A stretch of DNA of 64,000 nucleotides, from the sequence record OL362041.1; one strand, given 5' to 3'. A model generated the notes under the pieces. It was not told the DNA's origin. It did not search any database and saw only the letters and a program-made list of their open reading frames with translations. Below are positions 43,795 through 55,453 of this stretch, one piece after another. This DNA comes from Escherichia phage vB_Eco_OMNI12. The position numbers and the translations under genes were made by a program. How positions within the stretch are numbered: position 1 is the stretch's first letter; each line of letters begins with the position of its first letter.

Positions 43795-44712
43795 TCAAAA
43801 TTCATTAATGCTATTAGTTAATTTAGAAAGACCCGCTTTTACAAAATATGAATAAATTTTGCCACGCGGTGGTAATTTATATGAATTATAGTAATTCACA
43901 ATGTTTGAAGCAATATTATCAGGAATATAATCAAAATCAATTAGAACTAAATTTTCTTTATAACGATTATATTCAGATTCTGTGAGAAGCACCTTAGCTT
44001 GCTCACGGTCATTAGCAATAGCTTCAACGATTGAAGTTTTCATTGAAGGAGTCCGTTCACCTTCAACTCTGGTAAACCAAAAGTCAGAACGTACTTTAAC
44101 TGAAGCAACGTTATCCTTTTTGTCACCCTTAAGAATTTTAGTCATACAATCAATTTCAGCAGAACCGCTTTTAATTTTAACCCATTTCTTGTGCATCGGT
44201 GACCATTGCTTAACATTTGGATATTTGTGAAGCTGTGTAAAGTCACCGTCCGATGAAATGATTAAAATCTTGTGTCCTTCTAAAGAGAACTTTTTAACAA
44301 GAACAGCAATGTGATCATCTGCTTCATACTTATCAATATCCATAACAATGTATGGCATATAAGCTTTCAATTCATCTATAACTTTATGACTGGATTCAAA
44401 ATAACCTTCCCAGTCCCAAGTAGATTCTTCTCGTGCTTTTCCACGGTTTTTCTTGTAATAGTAAGCAAAATCACGACGCCAGTATCCAGATTTCGCGTTA
44501 TCAATACACAGCACAATTTTAGTGTATCCAAGCGTTTTTGCTTTTTTGACATTAAACTTAATTGAGTTCAATATCAAATGACGAACCATCGATAAATTAA
44601 TTTTTTCTTTATCTGGGAAGTTTACCAGAGCAGTTGAAAGAGCAATTTGACTAAAGTCAATAAAGCAAATTCCTTCTTTGTAATCTTCATCCAGCATCAT
44701 TTCTAAATCCAT
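43795..44712 (-). CDS. rnh: RNase H (5'-3' exonuclease, FEN family)
   Basis: 305 aa from the internal ATG (MDLEMMLDEDYKEG...). Confidence 0.85.
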   Translation of the reverse strand: MDLEMMLDEDYKEGICFIDFSQIALSTALVNFPDKEKINLSMVRHLILNSIKFNVKKAKTLGYTKIVLCIDNAKSGYWRRDFAYYYKKNRGKAREESTWDWEGYFESSHKVIDELKAYMPYIVMDIDKYEADDHIAVLVKKFSLEGHKILIISSDGDFTQLHKYPNVKQWSPMHKKWVKIKSGSAEIDCMTKILKGDKKDNVASVKVRSDFWFTRVEGERTPSMKTSIVEAIANDREQAKVLLTESEYNRYKENLVLIDFDYIPDNIASNIVNYYNSYKLPPRGKIYSYFVKAGLSKLTNSINEF

Positions 44713-44774
44713 ATGAACCTCGTTCAATTAGTGAGATTTCTATTATATACTATCTAAATCTTAAAGTAAACAGG

Positions 44775-44782
44775 TATAAATA
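44775..44782 (+). promoter_or_regulatory. Late promoter (TATAAATA) for the tail fibre operon
   Basis: TATAAATA about 35 nt upstream of gene 34. Confidence 0.6.
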
Positions 44783-44816
44783 CTTATTATTGAAAACACA
44801 ATAGGAGCCCGGGAGA

Positions 44817-47800
44817 ATGGCCGAGATTAAAAGAAAGTTCAGAGCAGAAGATGGTCTGGACGCAGGTGGCGATAAAATAATCAACGTAGCTTTAGCTGAT
44901 CGTACCGTAGGAACTGACGGTGTTAACGTTGATTACTTAATTCAAGAAAACACAGTTCAGCAATATGATCCAACTCGTGGATATTTAAAAGATTTTGTAA
45001 TCATTTATAATAATCGTTTTTGGGCAGCAACGGATAATATTCCAAAACCTGCTGGAAATTTTAATAGAATTCGTTGGAAAGCATTACGTACTGATGCCGT
45101 ATATACAACCGTATCATCTGGACCATATCAATTAAAATCCGGAGAAGCAATTTCAGTAGATACATCAGTTGGCAATGACATTGAGTTTACTTTACCACCT
45201 TCTCCGCTTGATGGAGAAACCGTAATAATTCAAGATATCGGTGGAAAACCTGGCATAAATCAGGTTAAAATAAATTCTTCAAATCAGAGTATTGTCAATT
45301 TTAGAGGTGAACAAGTACGTTCAGTTTTAATGACTCATCCAAAGTCACAGATGATATTCATTTTTAATAATCGTTTGTGGCAAATGTATGTTGCTGATTA
45401 TAGCAGAGAAGCTGCGATTGTTACTCCATCGACTGCGTATCAAGCACAATCTAATGATTTTATCGTACGTAGATTTACTTCTGCTGCACCAATTAATGTT
45501 AAACTTCCGAGATTTGCTAATCATGGCGATATTATTAATTTCGTCGATTTGGACAAATTAAATCCACTTTATCATACAATTGTTACTACATACGATGAAA
45601 CAACTTCAGTACAAGAAGTTGGAACTCATTCCATTGAAGGTCGTACATCGATTGATGGTTTCTTAATGTATGATGATAATGAAAAATTGTGGAGATTGTT
45701 TGACGGGGATAGTAAAGCACGTTTACGTATTATAACAACTAATTCTAGTATTCGTCCAAATGAAGAAGTTATGGTATTTGGAGCGAATAACGGAACAACC
45801 CAAACAATTGAACTTCAGCTTCCAACTGATATTTCTATTGGTGATACTGTTAAAATTTCCATGAATTACATGAGAAAAGGACAAACAGTTAAAATCAAAG
45901 CTGCTGGTGAAGATAAAATTGCTTCTTCAGTTCAATTGCTGCAATTCCCAAAACGTTCAGAATATCCGCCTGAAGCTGAATGGGTAACAGTTCAAGAATT
46001 AGTTTTTAATGGTGAAACTAATTATGTTCCAGTTTTACAACTTGCTTATATAGAAGATTCTGATGGAAAATACTGGGTTGTACAGCAAAACGTTCCAACT
46101 GTAGAAAGAGTAGACTCTTTAAATGCTTCTACTAGAGCAAGATTAGGCGTAATTGCTTTAGCTACGCAAGCTCAAGCAAATGCTGATTTAGAAAATTCTC
46201 CACAAAAAGAATTGGCAATTACTCCAGAAACGTTAGCTAATCGTACTGCTACAGAAACTCGCAGAGGTATTGCAAGAATAGCAACTACTGCTCAAGTGAA
46301 TCAGAACACCACATTCTCTTTTGCAGATGACCTTATCATCACTCCTAAAAAGCTGAATGAAAGAACTGCTACAGAAACTCGCAGAGGTGTCGCTGAAATT
46401 GCTACGCAGCAGGAAACTAATACAGGTACTGATGATACTACAATCATTACTCCTAAAAAGCTTCAAGCTCGCCAAGGTTCTGAATCATTATCTGGTATTG
46501 TAACTTTTGTATCTACCGCAGGAGCTACTCCAGCTTCTAGTCGTGAATTAAATGGTACGAATGTTTATAATAAAAACACTAATAATTTAGTTGTTTCACC
46601 TAAAGCTTTGGATCAGTATAAAGCTACTCCAACGCAACAAGGCGCAGTAATTTTAGCAGTTGAAAGTGAAGTAATTGCTGGACAAAGCCAAGAAGGATGG
46701 GCAAATGCGGTTGTAACACCAGAAACGTTACATAAAAAGACATCAACTGATGGAAGAATTGGTTTAATTGAAATTGCTACGCAAAGCGAAGTTAATACAG
46801 GAACTGATTATACTCGCGCAGTCACTCCTAAAACTTTAAATGACCGTAGAGCAACTGAAAGTTTAAGTGGTATAGCTGAAATTGCTACACAGGTTGAATT
46901 CGACGCAGGCGTCGACGATACTCGTATCTCTACACCATTAAAAATTAAAACCAGATTTAATAGTACTGATCGTACTTCTGTTGTTGCTCTATCTGGATTA
47001 GTTGAATCAGGAACTCTCTGGGACCATTATACCCTTAATATTCTTGAAGCAAATGAGACACAGCGTGGTACACTTCGTGTAGCTACACAAGTTGAAGCTG
47101 CTGCAGGAACATTAGATAATGTTTTAATAACTCCTAAAAAGCTTTTAGGTACTAAATCTACCGAATCGCAAGAAGGTGTTATTAAAGTTGCAACTCAGTC
47201 TGAAACTGTGACTGGAACGTCAGCAAATACTGCTGTATCTCCAAAAAATTTAAAATGGATTGTACAGAGTGAACCTACTTGGGCAGCTACTACTTTGGTA
47301 AGAGGTTTTGTTAAAACTTCATCTGGTTCAATTACATTCGTTGGTAATGATACGGTAGGTTCAACACAGTCATTAGAATTATATGAGAAAAATAGCTATG
47401 CAGTATCGCCATATGAATTAAACCGCGTATTAGCAAATTATTTGCCGTTAAAAGCAAAAGCTGTAGATAGTAATTTATTAGATGGTCTAGATTCGCTCCA
47501 GTTCATTCGTAGGGACATTGCACAAACAGTTAATGGTTCACTAACCTTAACCCAACAAACGAATCTGAGTGCCCCTCTTGTATCATCTAGTACTGCTACA
47601 TTCGGTGGATCAGTTTCAGCAAATAGTACATTAACTATTTCTAATACTGGAACGGCAACTCGTCTGATTTTTGAGAAAGGACCTCAAACTGGAACAAACC
47701 CAGCTCAAACGATGACAGTCAGAGTGTGGGGAAATCAATTTAGTGGGGAATCAGACACAACACGTTCTACCGTATTTGAAGTTAGTGATGAAACGTCTAG

Positions 47801-48686
47801 TCATTTTTATTCTCAGCGTAATAAAGCTGGAAATATAACATTTAATATCAACGGTACAGTAACACCGATAAATGTTAATGCTTCAGGAACATTGAATGCA
47901 AATGGTGTAGCAACATTTGGTAATTCAGTCACTGCAACTGGTGAAATTATTTCTCGAAGCGCAAATGCTTTCCGTGCTATTAGCGGAAATTATGGTTTCA
48001 TTGTTCGCAATGACGGGTCAGTAACGAATTTTATGCTTACTGCATCGGGTGATCAGACTGGCGGATTTAATGGATTGCGTCCTTTAGCTATTAATAATGC
48101 ATCTGGCCAAGTAACGATTGGTGAAAGCTTAATCATTGCAAAAGGTGCTACTATAAGTTCGGGTGGTTTGACTGTTAACTCGAGAATTCGTTCTCAGGGT
48201 ACTAAAACCTCTGATTTATATACCCGTGCGCCAACATCTGATACAGTAGGATTCTGGTCAATCGATATTAATGATTCAGCCACTTATAACCAGTTCCCGG
48301 GTTATTTTAAAATGGTTGAAAAAACTAATGAAGTGACTGGACTTCCATACTTAGAACGTGGTGAAGAAGTTAAATCTCCTGGTACATTGACTCAGTTTGG
48401 TAACACACTTGATTCACTTTACCAAGATTGGATTACTTATCCAACGACCCCAGAAGCACGTACCACTCGCTGGACACGTACATGGCAGAAAACCAAAAAC
48501 TCTTGGTCAAGTTTTGTTCAGGTATTTGACGGAGGTAACCCTCCTCAACCTTCAGATATAGGAGCGATCCCATCTGATAATGGAATAATAGGTAATCTTA
48601 CTATTCGCGATTTCTTGCGAATTGGTAATGTTCGCATTATTCCTGACCCAGTGAATAAAACTGTTAAATTTGAGTGGATTGAATAA
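44817..48686 (+). CDS. gp34: Long tail fibre proximal subunit gp34
   Basis: 1289 aa with repetitive fibre segments. Confidence 0.9.
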   Translation: MAEIKRKFRAEDGLDAGGDKIINVALADRTVGTDGVNVDYLIQENTVQQYDPTRGYLKDFVIIYNNRFWAATDNIPKPAGNFNRIRWKALRTDAVYTTVSSGPYQLKSGEAISVDTSVGNDIEFTLPPSPLDGETVIIQDIGGKPGINQVKINSSNQSIVNFRGEQVRSVLMTHPKSQMIFIFNNRLWQMYVADYSREAAIVTPSTAYQAQSNDFIVRRFTSAAPINVKLPRFANHGDIINFVDLDKLNPLYHTIVTTYDETTSVQEVGTHSIEGRTSIDGFLMYDDNEKLWRLFDGDSKARLRIITTNSSIRPNEEVMVFGANNGTTQTIELQLPTDISIGDTVKISMNYMRKGQTVKIKAAGEDKIASSVQLLQFPKRSEYPPEAEWVTVQELVFNGETNYVPVLQLAYIEDSDGKYWVVQQNVPTVERVDSLNASTRARLGVIALATQAQANADLENSPQKELAITPETLANRTATETRRGIARIATTAQVNQNTTFSFADDLIITPKKLNERTATETRRGVAEIATQQETNTGTDDTTIITPKKLQARQGSESLSGIVTFVSTAGATPASSRELNGTNVYNKNTNNLVVSPKALDQYKATPTQQGAVILAVESEVIAGQSQEGWANAVVTPETLHKKTSTDGRIGLIEIATQSEVNTGTDYTRAVTPKTLNDRRATESLSGIAEIATQVEFDAGVDDTRISTPLKIKTRFNSTDRTSVVALSGLVESGTLWDHYTLNILEANETQRGTLRVATQVEAAAGTLDNVLITPKKLLGTKSTESQEGVIKVATQSETVTGTSANTAVSPKNLKWIVQSEPTWAATTLVRGFVKTSSGSITFVGNDTVGSTQSLELYEKNSYAVSPYELNRVLANYLPLKAKAVDSNLLDGLDSLQFIRRDIAQTVNGSLTLTQQTNLSAPLVSSSTATFGGSVSANSTLTISNTGTATRLIFEKGPQTGTNPAQTMTVRVWGNQFSGESDTTRSTVFEVSDETSSHFYSQRNKAGNITFNINGTVTPINVNASGTLNANGVATFGNSVTATGEIISRSANAFRAISGNYGFIVRNDGSVTNFMLTASGDQTGGFNGLRPLAINNASGQVTIGESLIIAKGATISSGGLTVNSRIRSQGTKTSDLYTRAPTSDTVGFWSIDINDSATYNQFPGYFKMVEKTNEVTGLPYLERGEEVKSPGTLTQFGNTLDSLYQDWITYPTTPEARTTRWTRTWQKTKNSWSSFVQVFDGGNPPQPSDIGAIPSDNGIIGNLTIRDFLRIGNVRIIPDPVNKTVKFEWIE

Positions 48687-48694
48687 GAGGTATT

Positions 48695-49810
48695 ATGGAA
48701 AAATTTATGGCAGAGTTTGGACAAGGATATGTCCAAACGCCATTTTTATCGGAAAGCAATTCAGTAAGATATAAAATAAGCATAGCGGGTTCTTGCCCGC
48801 TTTCTACTGCGGGGCCATATGTTAAATTTCAGGATAATCCCGTTGGAAATCAAACATTTAGTGCAGGTCTTCATTTAAGAGTTTTTGACCCTTCTACGGG
48901 AGCATTAGTTGATAGCAAGTCATATGCTTTTTCTGCTTCAAACAATACAACATCTGCCGCTTTTGTCAGTTTCATGAATTCTTTGTCAAACAATAGACTT
49001 GTTGCTATATTAACTAGCGGAAAGGTTAATTTTCCTCCTGAAGTGGTATCTTGGTTAAGGGGAGCAGGAACTTCAGTTTTTCCATCAGATTCAGTATTGT
49101 CAAGATTTGACGTATCATATGCTGCTTTTTATACTTCTTCTAAAAGAGCTATTGCATTAGAGCATGTTAAACTAAGTAATAGAAAAAGCACAGATGATTA
49201 TCAAACTATTTTAGATGTTGTATTTGATAGTTTAGAAGACGTCGGAGCGACAGGATTTCCAAAAAGAACTTATGAAAGTGTCGAGCAATTCATGTCAGCA
49301 GTTGGTGGAACTAATAACGAAATTGCGCGATTGCCAACTTCAGCTGCTATAAGTAAACTTTCTGACTATAATTTAATTCCTGGTGATGTTCTTTATCTTA
49401 AAGCACAGTTATATGCTGATGCTGATTTACTTGATCTTGGAACTACAAACATATCCATTCGTTTTTATGATGCATCAAATGGATATATTTCCTCTACCCA
49501 AGCTGAGTTTACTGGGCAAGCTGGGTCTTGGGAATTAAAAGAAGACTATGTAGTTGTTCCTGAAAATGCAGTAGGATTTACGATATATGCACAAAGAACT
49601 GCCCAAGCAGGTCAAGGCGGCATGAGAAATTTAAGCTTTTCTGAAGTATCAAGAAATGGCGGCATTTCAAAACCTGCCGAATTTGGCGTCAACGGTATTC
49701 GCGTTAATTATGTCTGCGAATCGGCTTCACCTCCAGATATAATGGTACTTCCTACACAAGCCTCTTCTAAAAATGGCAAAGTGTTTGGACAGGAATTTAG
49801 AGAAGTTTAA
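48695..49810 (+). CDS. gp35: Long tail fibre hinge protein gp35
   Basis: 371 aa. Confidence 0.8.
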   Translation: MEKFMAEFGQGYVQTPFLSESNSVRYKISIAGSCPLSTAGPYVKFQDNPVGNQTFSAGLHLRVFDPSTGALVDSKSYAFSASNNTTSAAFVSFMNSLSNNRLVAILTSGKVNFPPEVVSWLRGAGTSVFPSDSVLSRFDVSYAAFYTSSKRAIALEHVKLSNRKSTDDYQTILDVVFDSLEDVGATGFPKRTYESVEQFMSAVGGTNNEIARLPTSAAISKLSDYNLIPGDVLYLKAQLYADADLLDLGTTNISIRFYDASNGYISSTQAEFTGQAGSWELKEDYVVVPENAVGFTIYAQRTAQAGQGGMRNLSFSEVSRNGGISKPAEFGVNGIRVNYVCESASPPDIMVLPTQASSKNGKVFGQEFREV

Positions 49811-49815
49811 ACTGA

Positions 49816-49838
49816 GGGAGCCTTCGGGTTCCCTTTTT
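49816..49838 (+). terminator. Terminator after gene 35
   Basis: GGGAGCC-TTCG-GGTTCCC followed by TTTTT. Confidence 0.6.
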
Positions 49839-49841
49839 CTT

Positions 49842-49849
49842 TATAAATA
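49842..49849 (+). promoter_or_regulatory. Late promoter (TATAAATA) for genes 36-37-38
   Basis: TATAAATA about 24 nt upstream of gene 36. Confidence 0.6.
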
Positions 49850-49872
49850 ATATTAAAATAAAGGGGCATATA

Positions 49873-50523
49873 ATGGCTGATTTAAAAGTAGGTTCAACTG
49901 TAGGTGGATCTGTCATTTGGCATCAAGGAAATTTTCCATTGAATTCAGCCGGTGACGATGTACTCTACAAATCATTTAAAATATATTCAGAATATAATAA
50001 ACCGCAGGCAGCTGATAACGATTTCGTTTCTAAAGCTAATGGTGGTACTTACGCCGGTCCAATTACTATTAATTACGGGGTAAATAGTTATCTTCAATTA
50101 AGTAATAATGAAACCCCTATCCGAATTCGTTCTGGTGGCGGCACTGGTAATACTCTTGTAGTTGGCGGCTCTTCCGGTGGTATTAGTTTTAGACCTGCAG
50201 GTAGTGAAATCACTACTGGACAAATTACTATTACGCCAGAAGGTTTGACAACATTTACCAGGGCTGTAACGGCTCCATCGGTAACTGTTACATCTACTCC
50301 TTCCGCAGCATCTGATGTTACTCGCAAAGATTATGTTGATGGAGCAATAAATACTGTTACAGCAAATGCAAACTCTAGGGTATTACGCTCTGGAGACACT
50401 ATGACAGGAAATTTAACTGCGCCAAACCTTTTTTCACAGAATCCTGCATCTCAACCTTCACACGTTCCACGATTTGACCAAATCGTAATTAAGGATTCTG
50501 TTCAAGATTTCGGCTATTATTAA
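49873..50523 (+). CDS. gp36: Long tail fibre distal connector gp36
   Basis: 216 aa. Confidence 0.8.
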   Translation: MADLKVGSTVGGSVIWHQGNFPLNSAGDDVLYKSFKIYSEYNKPQAADNDFVSKANGGTYAGPITINYGVNSYLQLSNNETPIRIRSGGGTGNTLVVGGSSGGISFRPAGSEITTGQITITPEGLTTFTRAVTAPSVTVTSTPSAASDVTRKDYVDGAINTVTANANSRVLRSGDTMTGNLTAPNLFSQNPASQPSHVPRFDQIVIKDSVQDFGYY

Positions 50524-50531
50524 GAGGACTT

Positions 50532-53498
50532 ATGGCTACTTTAAAACAAATACAATTTAAAAGAAGCAAAACTGCAGGAGCACGTCCTGCCGCTTCAGTA
50601 TTAGCCGAAGGTGAATTGGCTATAAACTTAAAAGATAAAACAATTTTCACAAAAGATGACTCAGGTAGTGTTATAGAATTAGGTTTAAAATATGGAGGAA
50701 CTATAAATGGGTCTTTAGAGGTTACAGAAAATATAACTGGAACTTTAATTGGAAATTCTAGCACAGCTACTAAATTGCAAACACCTAGGAAAATTAATGG
50801 TATATCTTTTGATGGGTCAAAGGACATTACCTTAACTCCATCTGACATAAATGTCAATAGCACAACATTTATAAAAAATAATGGCGAATTACCTACTGAT
50901 GCTAATTTAGATACGTATGGGCCCATTGAAGAATATCTTGGTGTTTGGTCGAAATCTACTTCAACAAATGCGCAACCAGCAAATAAATTCCCAGAAGAAA
51001 ATGCCGTAGGTGTACTAGAAGTGTTTGTGGCCGGCCAATTTGCTGGCACTCAGCGTTATACTGTAAGATCTGGTAACGTCTATATTCGTTCCTTATCTGC
51101 TAAATGGAATGGCGTCGATGGTCCATGGGGTGTGTGGCGTAATGTTCAAGCGTCAACTCGTCCACTTTCACAAACGATTGACCTTGATAGCTTGGGAGAA
51201 TTAGAACATTGCGGCTTATGGCGAAACAGTTCAAGCGCAATCGCATCATTTGATCGCCATTATCCAGAAGAAGGATCAGCCGCACAAGGATTTTTAGAAA
51301 TATTTGAAGGTGGTTTATACACGAGAACTCAGCGTTATACTACCCGAATGGGTGTTGTATATGTTCGTTGTCTTGCTGGTGCATGGGATCCAGAAGCTCC
51401 GAATTGGGGACCGTGGCAACAAGTAGGTATGGTTACTCCCAACACATTCTATGACGGGGATCTTAATAATTTTCGTTCTCCTGGCTTATATAATATTTTA
51501 GGCACTGATGCCGTTATTAACCGTCCAGTTGCAGAAGGTGTTCCGGTTGAGATGACCGGATTGCTTGAGGTTAAACAGCGTGCTTCCGGTGCCGCTATTT
51601 TCCAACGTTTCACTACCGCAGGAACGGGTGCAACTACGCGATCTCGCGTGTTTGAACGTGCGATGACAAATAACATCTGGGGAAATTGGTACGAAGTATA
51701 TACGTCCTATTCTATGCCGATCACTCTGGGTATGGGTGGTGTTAAATCTCAATTAGCGGAGCTAGACTGGCAAACCTTTGATTTTGTCCCTGGTAGTATG
51801 TTTAGTGTTCCTTTGAACAAAATAAAGAATATGCCAGCAAATATGGATTGGGGGACGATTGACGGAAACTTGGTTATGTTTTCTGTCGGTCCTAGCGAAC
51901 ATACCGGAACGGGTCGAACTGTTCAAGTGTGGCGCGGTACTGTATCTCAGGCGAACTATCGTTATTTCGTTGTTCGTATCGCTGGTAATCCAGGAAGTAG
52001 GACTAATACTTGTCGTCGTGTTGTTGTGGAAGATGGTCGCCACACATGGACAGCACAGCAAGATTTTAATGGTGCTGTCAACTTTGGTGGTTCGACAACT
52101 TTTAAGTCCACTACAACTTTTAACACAGAAGTTAAATTCCGTTCATCCAATGCATTTAAAATGTATGGCGGTAATTTTGGCACAATTTTCCGTAATGATG
52201 GTGAAAGTCTTTATATTCTTTCCACCGACGAAGATGATCAAGATGGAAACTTTAATACAAATAGACCTTTCCGTTATGAATTAAGAACTGGTGATGTTAC
52301 TTTAGGTGGTACTAGTGGTGCTAACGTTTTAAAATTAAAACGTGATTCTCTCACCGCATTTTTTGGTGGTGATATTAACATGAAAGGCTTGATGACTTTT
52401 GACGCCGGACGTTTAGGATCACGAGATTATTTTAAATTTAACCATTGGGGTGATAGTAATAATGCGCGCGATAACATTATTCAGTTAGAAGACAGCAAAG
52501 GCGTTCATTTTTCCACTGAACGTACTTTAGCGACAGGTGCAATTAAGACTAAATTTTTTGGTGAAATTGAATCCGATGGTAAATTGATTATTAAACGTCC
52601 GGGCGATTCTATTGTATTATCAACAACTGCTAGTAATTCTTTGCATATTCGCGGTGATATAGACGGGACTGGTAACTGGTATATTGGTAAAGGTGGTGCT
52701 GATAATGGATTAGCGTTCTATAGTTATGCTACTAATGCTGGTGTATACATTACAAACGCAGGAGATATCTCGCTAAGTCCAAAGGGTGCCGAAATGGCTC
52801 AGGTCAATAACGTTCGATTATATGTTCATGGTGAACGTTGGACCGCTAGTCAACCAGGTGATTGGGGCAGTCAGTGGCAAGTGGAAGCGCCAATATTCGT
52901 CGATCATGGTTATGTTGGACCAGATAGCTATTATCCAATTATTAAAGGAAGAAGTGTAGTCACCAATCAAGGGTTTGTAACTGCCGTCGATCTTGGTATT
53001 CGTCGTGTCCCTAACAATTGGGGGCAAGCAATTATTCGTGTTGGATCTGCAGAGGCATCGCCAGCGGCTGGACACCCTAACGCGGTATTTGAATTTCATT
53101 ACGACGGTACTTTCTATTCTCCTGGTAATGGTAACTTTAACGATGTGTATATTCGTTCCGATGGTCGTCTTAAGATTAATAAAAAAGAGCTAGAAAACGG
53201 AGCACTTGAAAAAGTATGTCGACTGAAAGTTTATACATACGATAAGGTTAAGTCTATTAAAGATCGTAGTGTTATTAAACGTGAAGTTGGTATTATTGCT
53301 CAGGATCTTGAAAAAGAATTATCAGAAGCTGTATCTAAAGTTGAAGTTGATGGATCTGATGTTCTGACAATTTCTAACTCCGCTGTAAATGCTCTTTTAA
53401 TTAAGGCTATCCAAGAAATGAGCGAAGAAATTAAAGAATTGAAAACGCCTTTCTTCACTAAAATTGCTCGCAAAATTGGTAAATACTTTAAATTCTAA
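50532..53498 (+). CDS. gp37: Long tail fibre distal subunit gp37 with C-terminal intramolecular chaperone domain
   Basis: 988 aa; C-terminal ~113 aa matches the S74-type autoproteolytic chaperone domain (SDGRLK ... [11 protein letters not shown]). Confidence 0.9.
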   Translation: MATLKQIQFKRSKTAGARPAASVLAEGELAINLKDKTIFTKDDSGSVIELGLKYGGTINGSLEVTENITGTLIGNSSTATKLQTPRKINGISFDGSKDITLTPSDINVNSTTFIKNNGELPTDANLDTYGPIEEYLGVWSKSTSTNAQPANKFPEENAVGVLEVFVAGQFAGTQRYTVRSGNVYIRSLSAKWNGVDGPWGVWRNVQASTRPLSQTIDLDSLGELEHCGLWRNSSSAIASFDRHYPEEGSAAQGFLEIFEGGLYTRTQRYTTRMGVVYVRCLAGAWDPEAPNWGPWQQVGMVTPNTFYDGDLNNFRSPGLYNILGTDAVINRPVAEGVPVEMTGLLEVKQRASGAAIFQRFTTAGTGATTRSRVFERAMTNNIWGNWYEVYTSYSMPITLGMGGVKSQLAELDWQTFDFVPGSMFSVPLNKIKNMPANMDWGTIDGNLVMFSVGPSEHTGTGRTVQVWRGTVSQANYRYFVVRIAGNPGSRTNTCRRVVVEDGRHTWTAQQDFNGAVNFGGSTTFKSTTTFNTEVKFRSSNAFKMYGGNFGTIFRNDGESLYILSTDEDDQDGNFNTNRPFRYELRTGDVTLGGTSGANVLKLKRDSLTAFFGGDINMKGLMTFDAGRLGSRDYFKFNHWGDSNNARDNIIQLEDSKGVHFSTERTLATGAIKTKFFGEIESDGKLIIKRPGDSIVLSTTASNSLHIRGDIDGTGNWYIGKGGADNGLAFYSYATNAGVYITNAGDISLSPKGAEMAQVNNVRLYVHGERWTASQPGDWGSQWQVEAPIFVDHGYVGPDSYYPIIKGRSVVTNQGFVTAVDLGIRRVPNNWGQAIIRVGSAEASPAAGHPNAVFEFHYDGTFYSPGNGNFNDVYIRSDGRLKINKKELENGALEKVCRLKVYTYDKVKSIKDRSVIKREVGIIAQDLEKELSEAVSKVEVDGSDVLTISNSAVNALLIKAIQEMSEEIKELKTPFFTKIARKIGKYFKF

Positions 53499-53531
53499 TA
53501 ACAAGGGGCATTGCCCCTTTGGAGATAAATT

Positions 53532-54332
53532 ATGGCAGTAGTTGGTGTTCCTGGTTGGATTGGAAGTTCATCCGTAAATGAAACAGGGCAACGATGGATG
53601 AGTCAAGCGGCTGGTCAATTAAGATTGGGTGTTCCTTGCTGGATGAGTCAATTTGCAGGTCGCTCGCGAGAAATTATTCACACGCTTGGAGCAGACCATA
53701 ACTTCAATGGTCAATGGTTCCGAGATAGATGTTTTGAGGCAGGTAGTGCACCTATAGTGTTTAATATTACAGGTGATTTAGTATCATATTCTAAAGATGT
53801 TCCTTTATTCTTCATGTACGGGGATACGCCTAATGAATATGTTGTTCTTAATATTCATGGCGGTGTTCATATGTGGGGTCGTGGTGGTAATGGTGGATAC
53901 ACTCACTCAGGAGGCGACGGTAACGGTACACAAGGCGGTCATGTTATTCAAAATGATATCGGTGGACGGCTTCGTATTTGGAACTACGGTGTTATAGCTG
54001 CTGGCGGTGGCGGCGGTGGTGGTATTGCATATCGTCCACACTCAGGGGCAAACTGGCAAGATATCGGTGGCGGTGGTGGTCGACCTTTCGGTGCCGCGGG
54101 CGGTGGCGGTTATTCCGGTGGTGCTGCTTCGTATGAAGGTCCGGGTGGTGGTTATGACTATGGTAACGCACACTCCGGCGCAGGTGGTAATGCTGGTGCT
54201 GCTGGTCAGAATGCATGGTCTGACGGCGGTAAAGTTCTTAAAGTTGGTGTTGGTGGTGCGTCTGGTCATGCAGTGTTTGGGTCTTCTCCAACTTGGGGTG
54301 CTGTTGGAACAATTTACGGACCAAGAGTATAA
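53532..54332 (+). CDS. gp38: Tail fibre adhesin gp38, T2-type with glycine-rich motifs
   Basis: 266 aa; poly-Gly blocks separated by short variable segments; conserved N-terminus [13 protein letters not shown]. Confidence 0.8.
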   Translation: MAVVGVPGWIGSSSVNETGQRWMSQAAGQLRLGVPCWMSQFAGRSREIIHTLGADHNFNGQWFRDRCFEAGSAPIVFNITGDLVSYSKDVPLFFMYGDTPNEYVVLNIHGGVHMWGRGGNGGYTHSGGDGNGTQGGHVIQNDIGGRLRIWNYGVIAAGGGGGGGIAYRPHSGANWQDIGGGGGRPFGAAGGGGYSGGAASYEGPGGGYDYGNAHSGAGGNAGAAGQNAWSDGGKVLKVGVGGASGHAVFGSSPTWGAVGTIYGPRV

Positions 54333-54362
54333 TGTGAATAAATACCCTTAAAAGGAGGGTCT

Positions 54363-55019
54363 ATGGCAGCACCTAGAATATCATTTTCGCCCTCTGATAT
54401 TCTGTTTGGTGTTCTAGATCGCTTGTTCAAAGATAACGCTACCGGGAAGGTTCTTGCTTCCCGAGTAGCTGTCGTAATTCTTTTATTTATGATGGCGATT
54501 GTTTGGTATAGGGGAGATAGTTTCTTTGAGTACTATAAGCAATCAAAGTATGAAACATACAGTGAAATTATTGAAAAGGAAAGAAATGCACGCTTTGAAT
54601 CTGTCGCCCTGGAACAACTCCAGATAGTTCATATATCATCTGAGGCAGACTTTAGTGCGGTGTATTCTTTCCGCCCTAAAAACTTAAACTATTTTGTTGA
54701 TATTATAGCATATGAAGGAAAATTACCTTCAACAATAAGTGAAAAATCACTTGGAGGATATCCTGTTGATAAAACTATGGATGAATATACAGTTCATTTA
54801 AATGGACGTCATTATTATTCCGACTCAAAATTTGCTTTTTTACCAACTAAAAAGCCTACTCCCGAAATAAACTACATGTACAGTTGTCCATATTTTAATT
54901 TGGATAATATCTATGCTGGAACAATAACCATGTACTGGTATAGAAATGATCATATAAGTAATGACCGCCTTGAATCAATATGTGCTCAGGCGGCCAGAAT
55001 ATTAGGAAGGGCTAAATAA
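54363..55019 (+). CDS. t: Holin T
   Basis: 218 aa; single N-terminal TM (VAVVILLFMMAIVWY) and large periplasmic domain. Confidence 0.85.
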   Translation: MAAPRISFSPSDILFGVLDRLFKDNATGKVLASRVAVVILLFMMAIVWYRGDSFFEYYKQSKYETYSEIIEKERNARFESVALEQLQIVHISSEADFSAVYSFRPKNLNYFVDIIAYEGKLPSTISEKSLGGYPVDKTMDEYTVHLNGRHYYSDSKFAFLPTKKPTPEINYMYSCPYFNLDNIYAGTITMYWYRNDHISNDRLESICAQAARILGRAK

Positions 55020-55292
55020 TTATTTGTTCGTATACATCTCTAGATATCGATATACACCCTCAAAACCCTCGTTGAATTCGTCGATGAGGGTTTTCTTATC
55101 TTCTTGAGTTAATTCAGAAACAATTTTACGGAATGAATTCTGATTTAACTTTCTACCTTCATGTGTTACTCCAATCTCATTCAGAAATGCAATAAAATTA
55201 GCACGATTTTCAACAATATCTTCTCTGGAAAATTTAATCAAAATAGACGCAACAGTAATAATTTCACGAACTGTATCAATGTTTTTATTCAT
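55020..55292 (-). CDS. asiA: Anti-sigma-70 factor AsiA
   Basis: 90 aa; MNKNIDTVREIITVASILIKFSRE... recognised as AsiA. Confidence 0.9.
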   Translation of the reverse strand: MNKNIDTVREIITVASILIKFSREDIVENRANFIAFLNEIGVTHEGRKLNQNSFRKIVSELTQEDKKTLIDEFNEGFEGVYRYLEMYTNK

Positions 55293-55453
55293 TAACTATA
55301 CCACTCAATTAGTTGACTTTATTATAATATCATCAGACGCTTGATTTGTAAACTGATCTGTGTTGTTTTCTTCAAAAATTTTTTCTACGAATTCCTTGAA
55401 CGACTCGCGTTCCTGAGCTACATTATGCTCGATTACCTTTTCAAGATTATGAC

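Noticed and set aside
50489-51049. 186 aa - strand ORF overlapping genes 36 and 37
   Set aside because: Antisense to the late tail fibre operon; Pro/Ser-rich shadow frame
53992-54351. His/Arg-rich 74 aa ORF on the - strand and 114 aa and 75 aa ORFs in other frames within gene 38
   Set aside because: Artefacts of the GGT/GGC glycine-codon repeats of gp38; low-complexity translations and no start context
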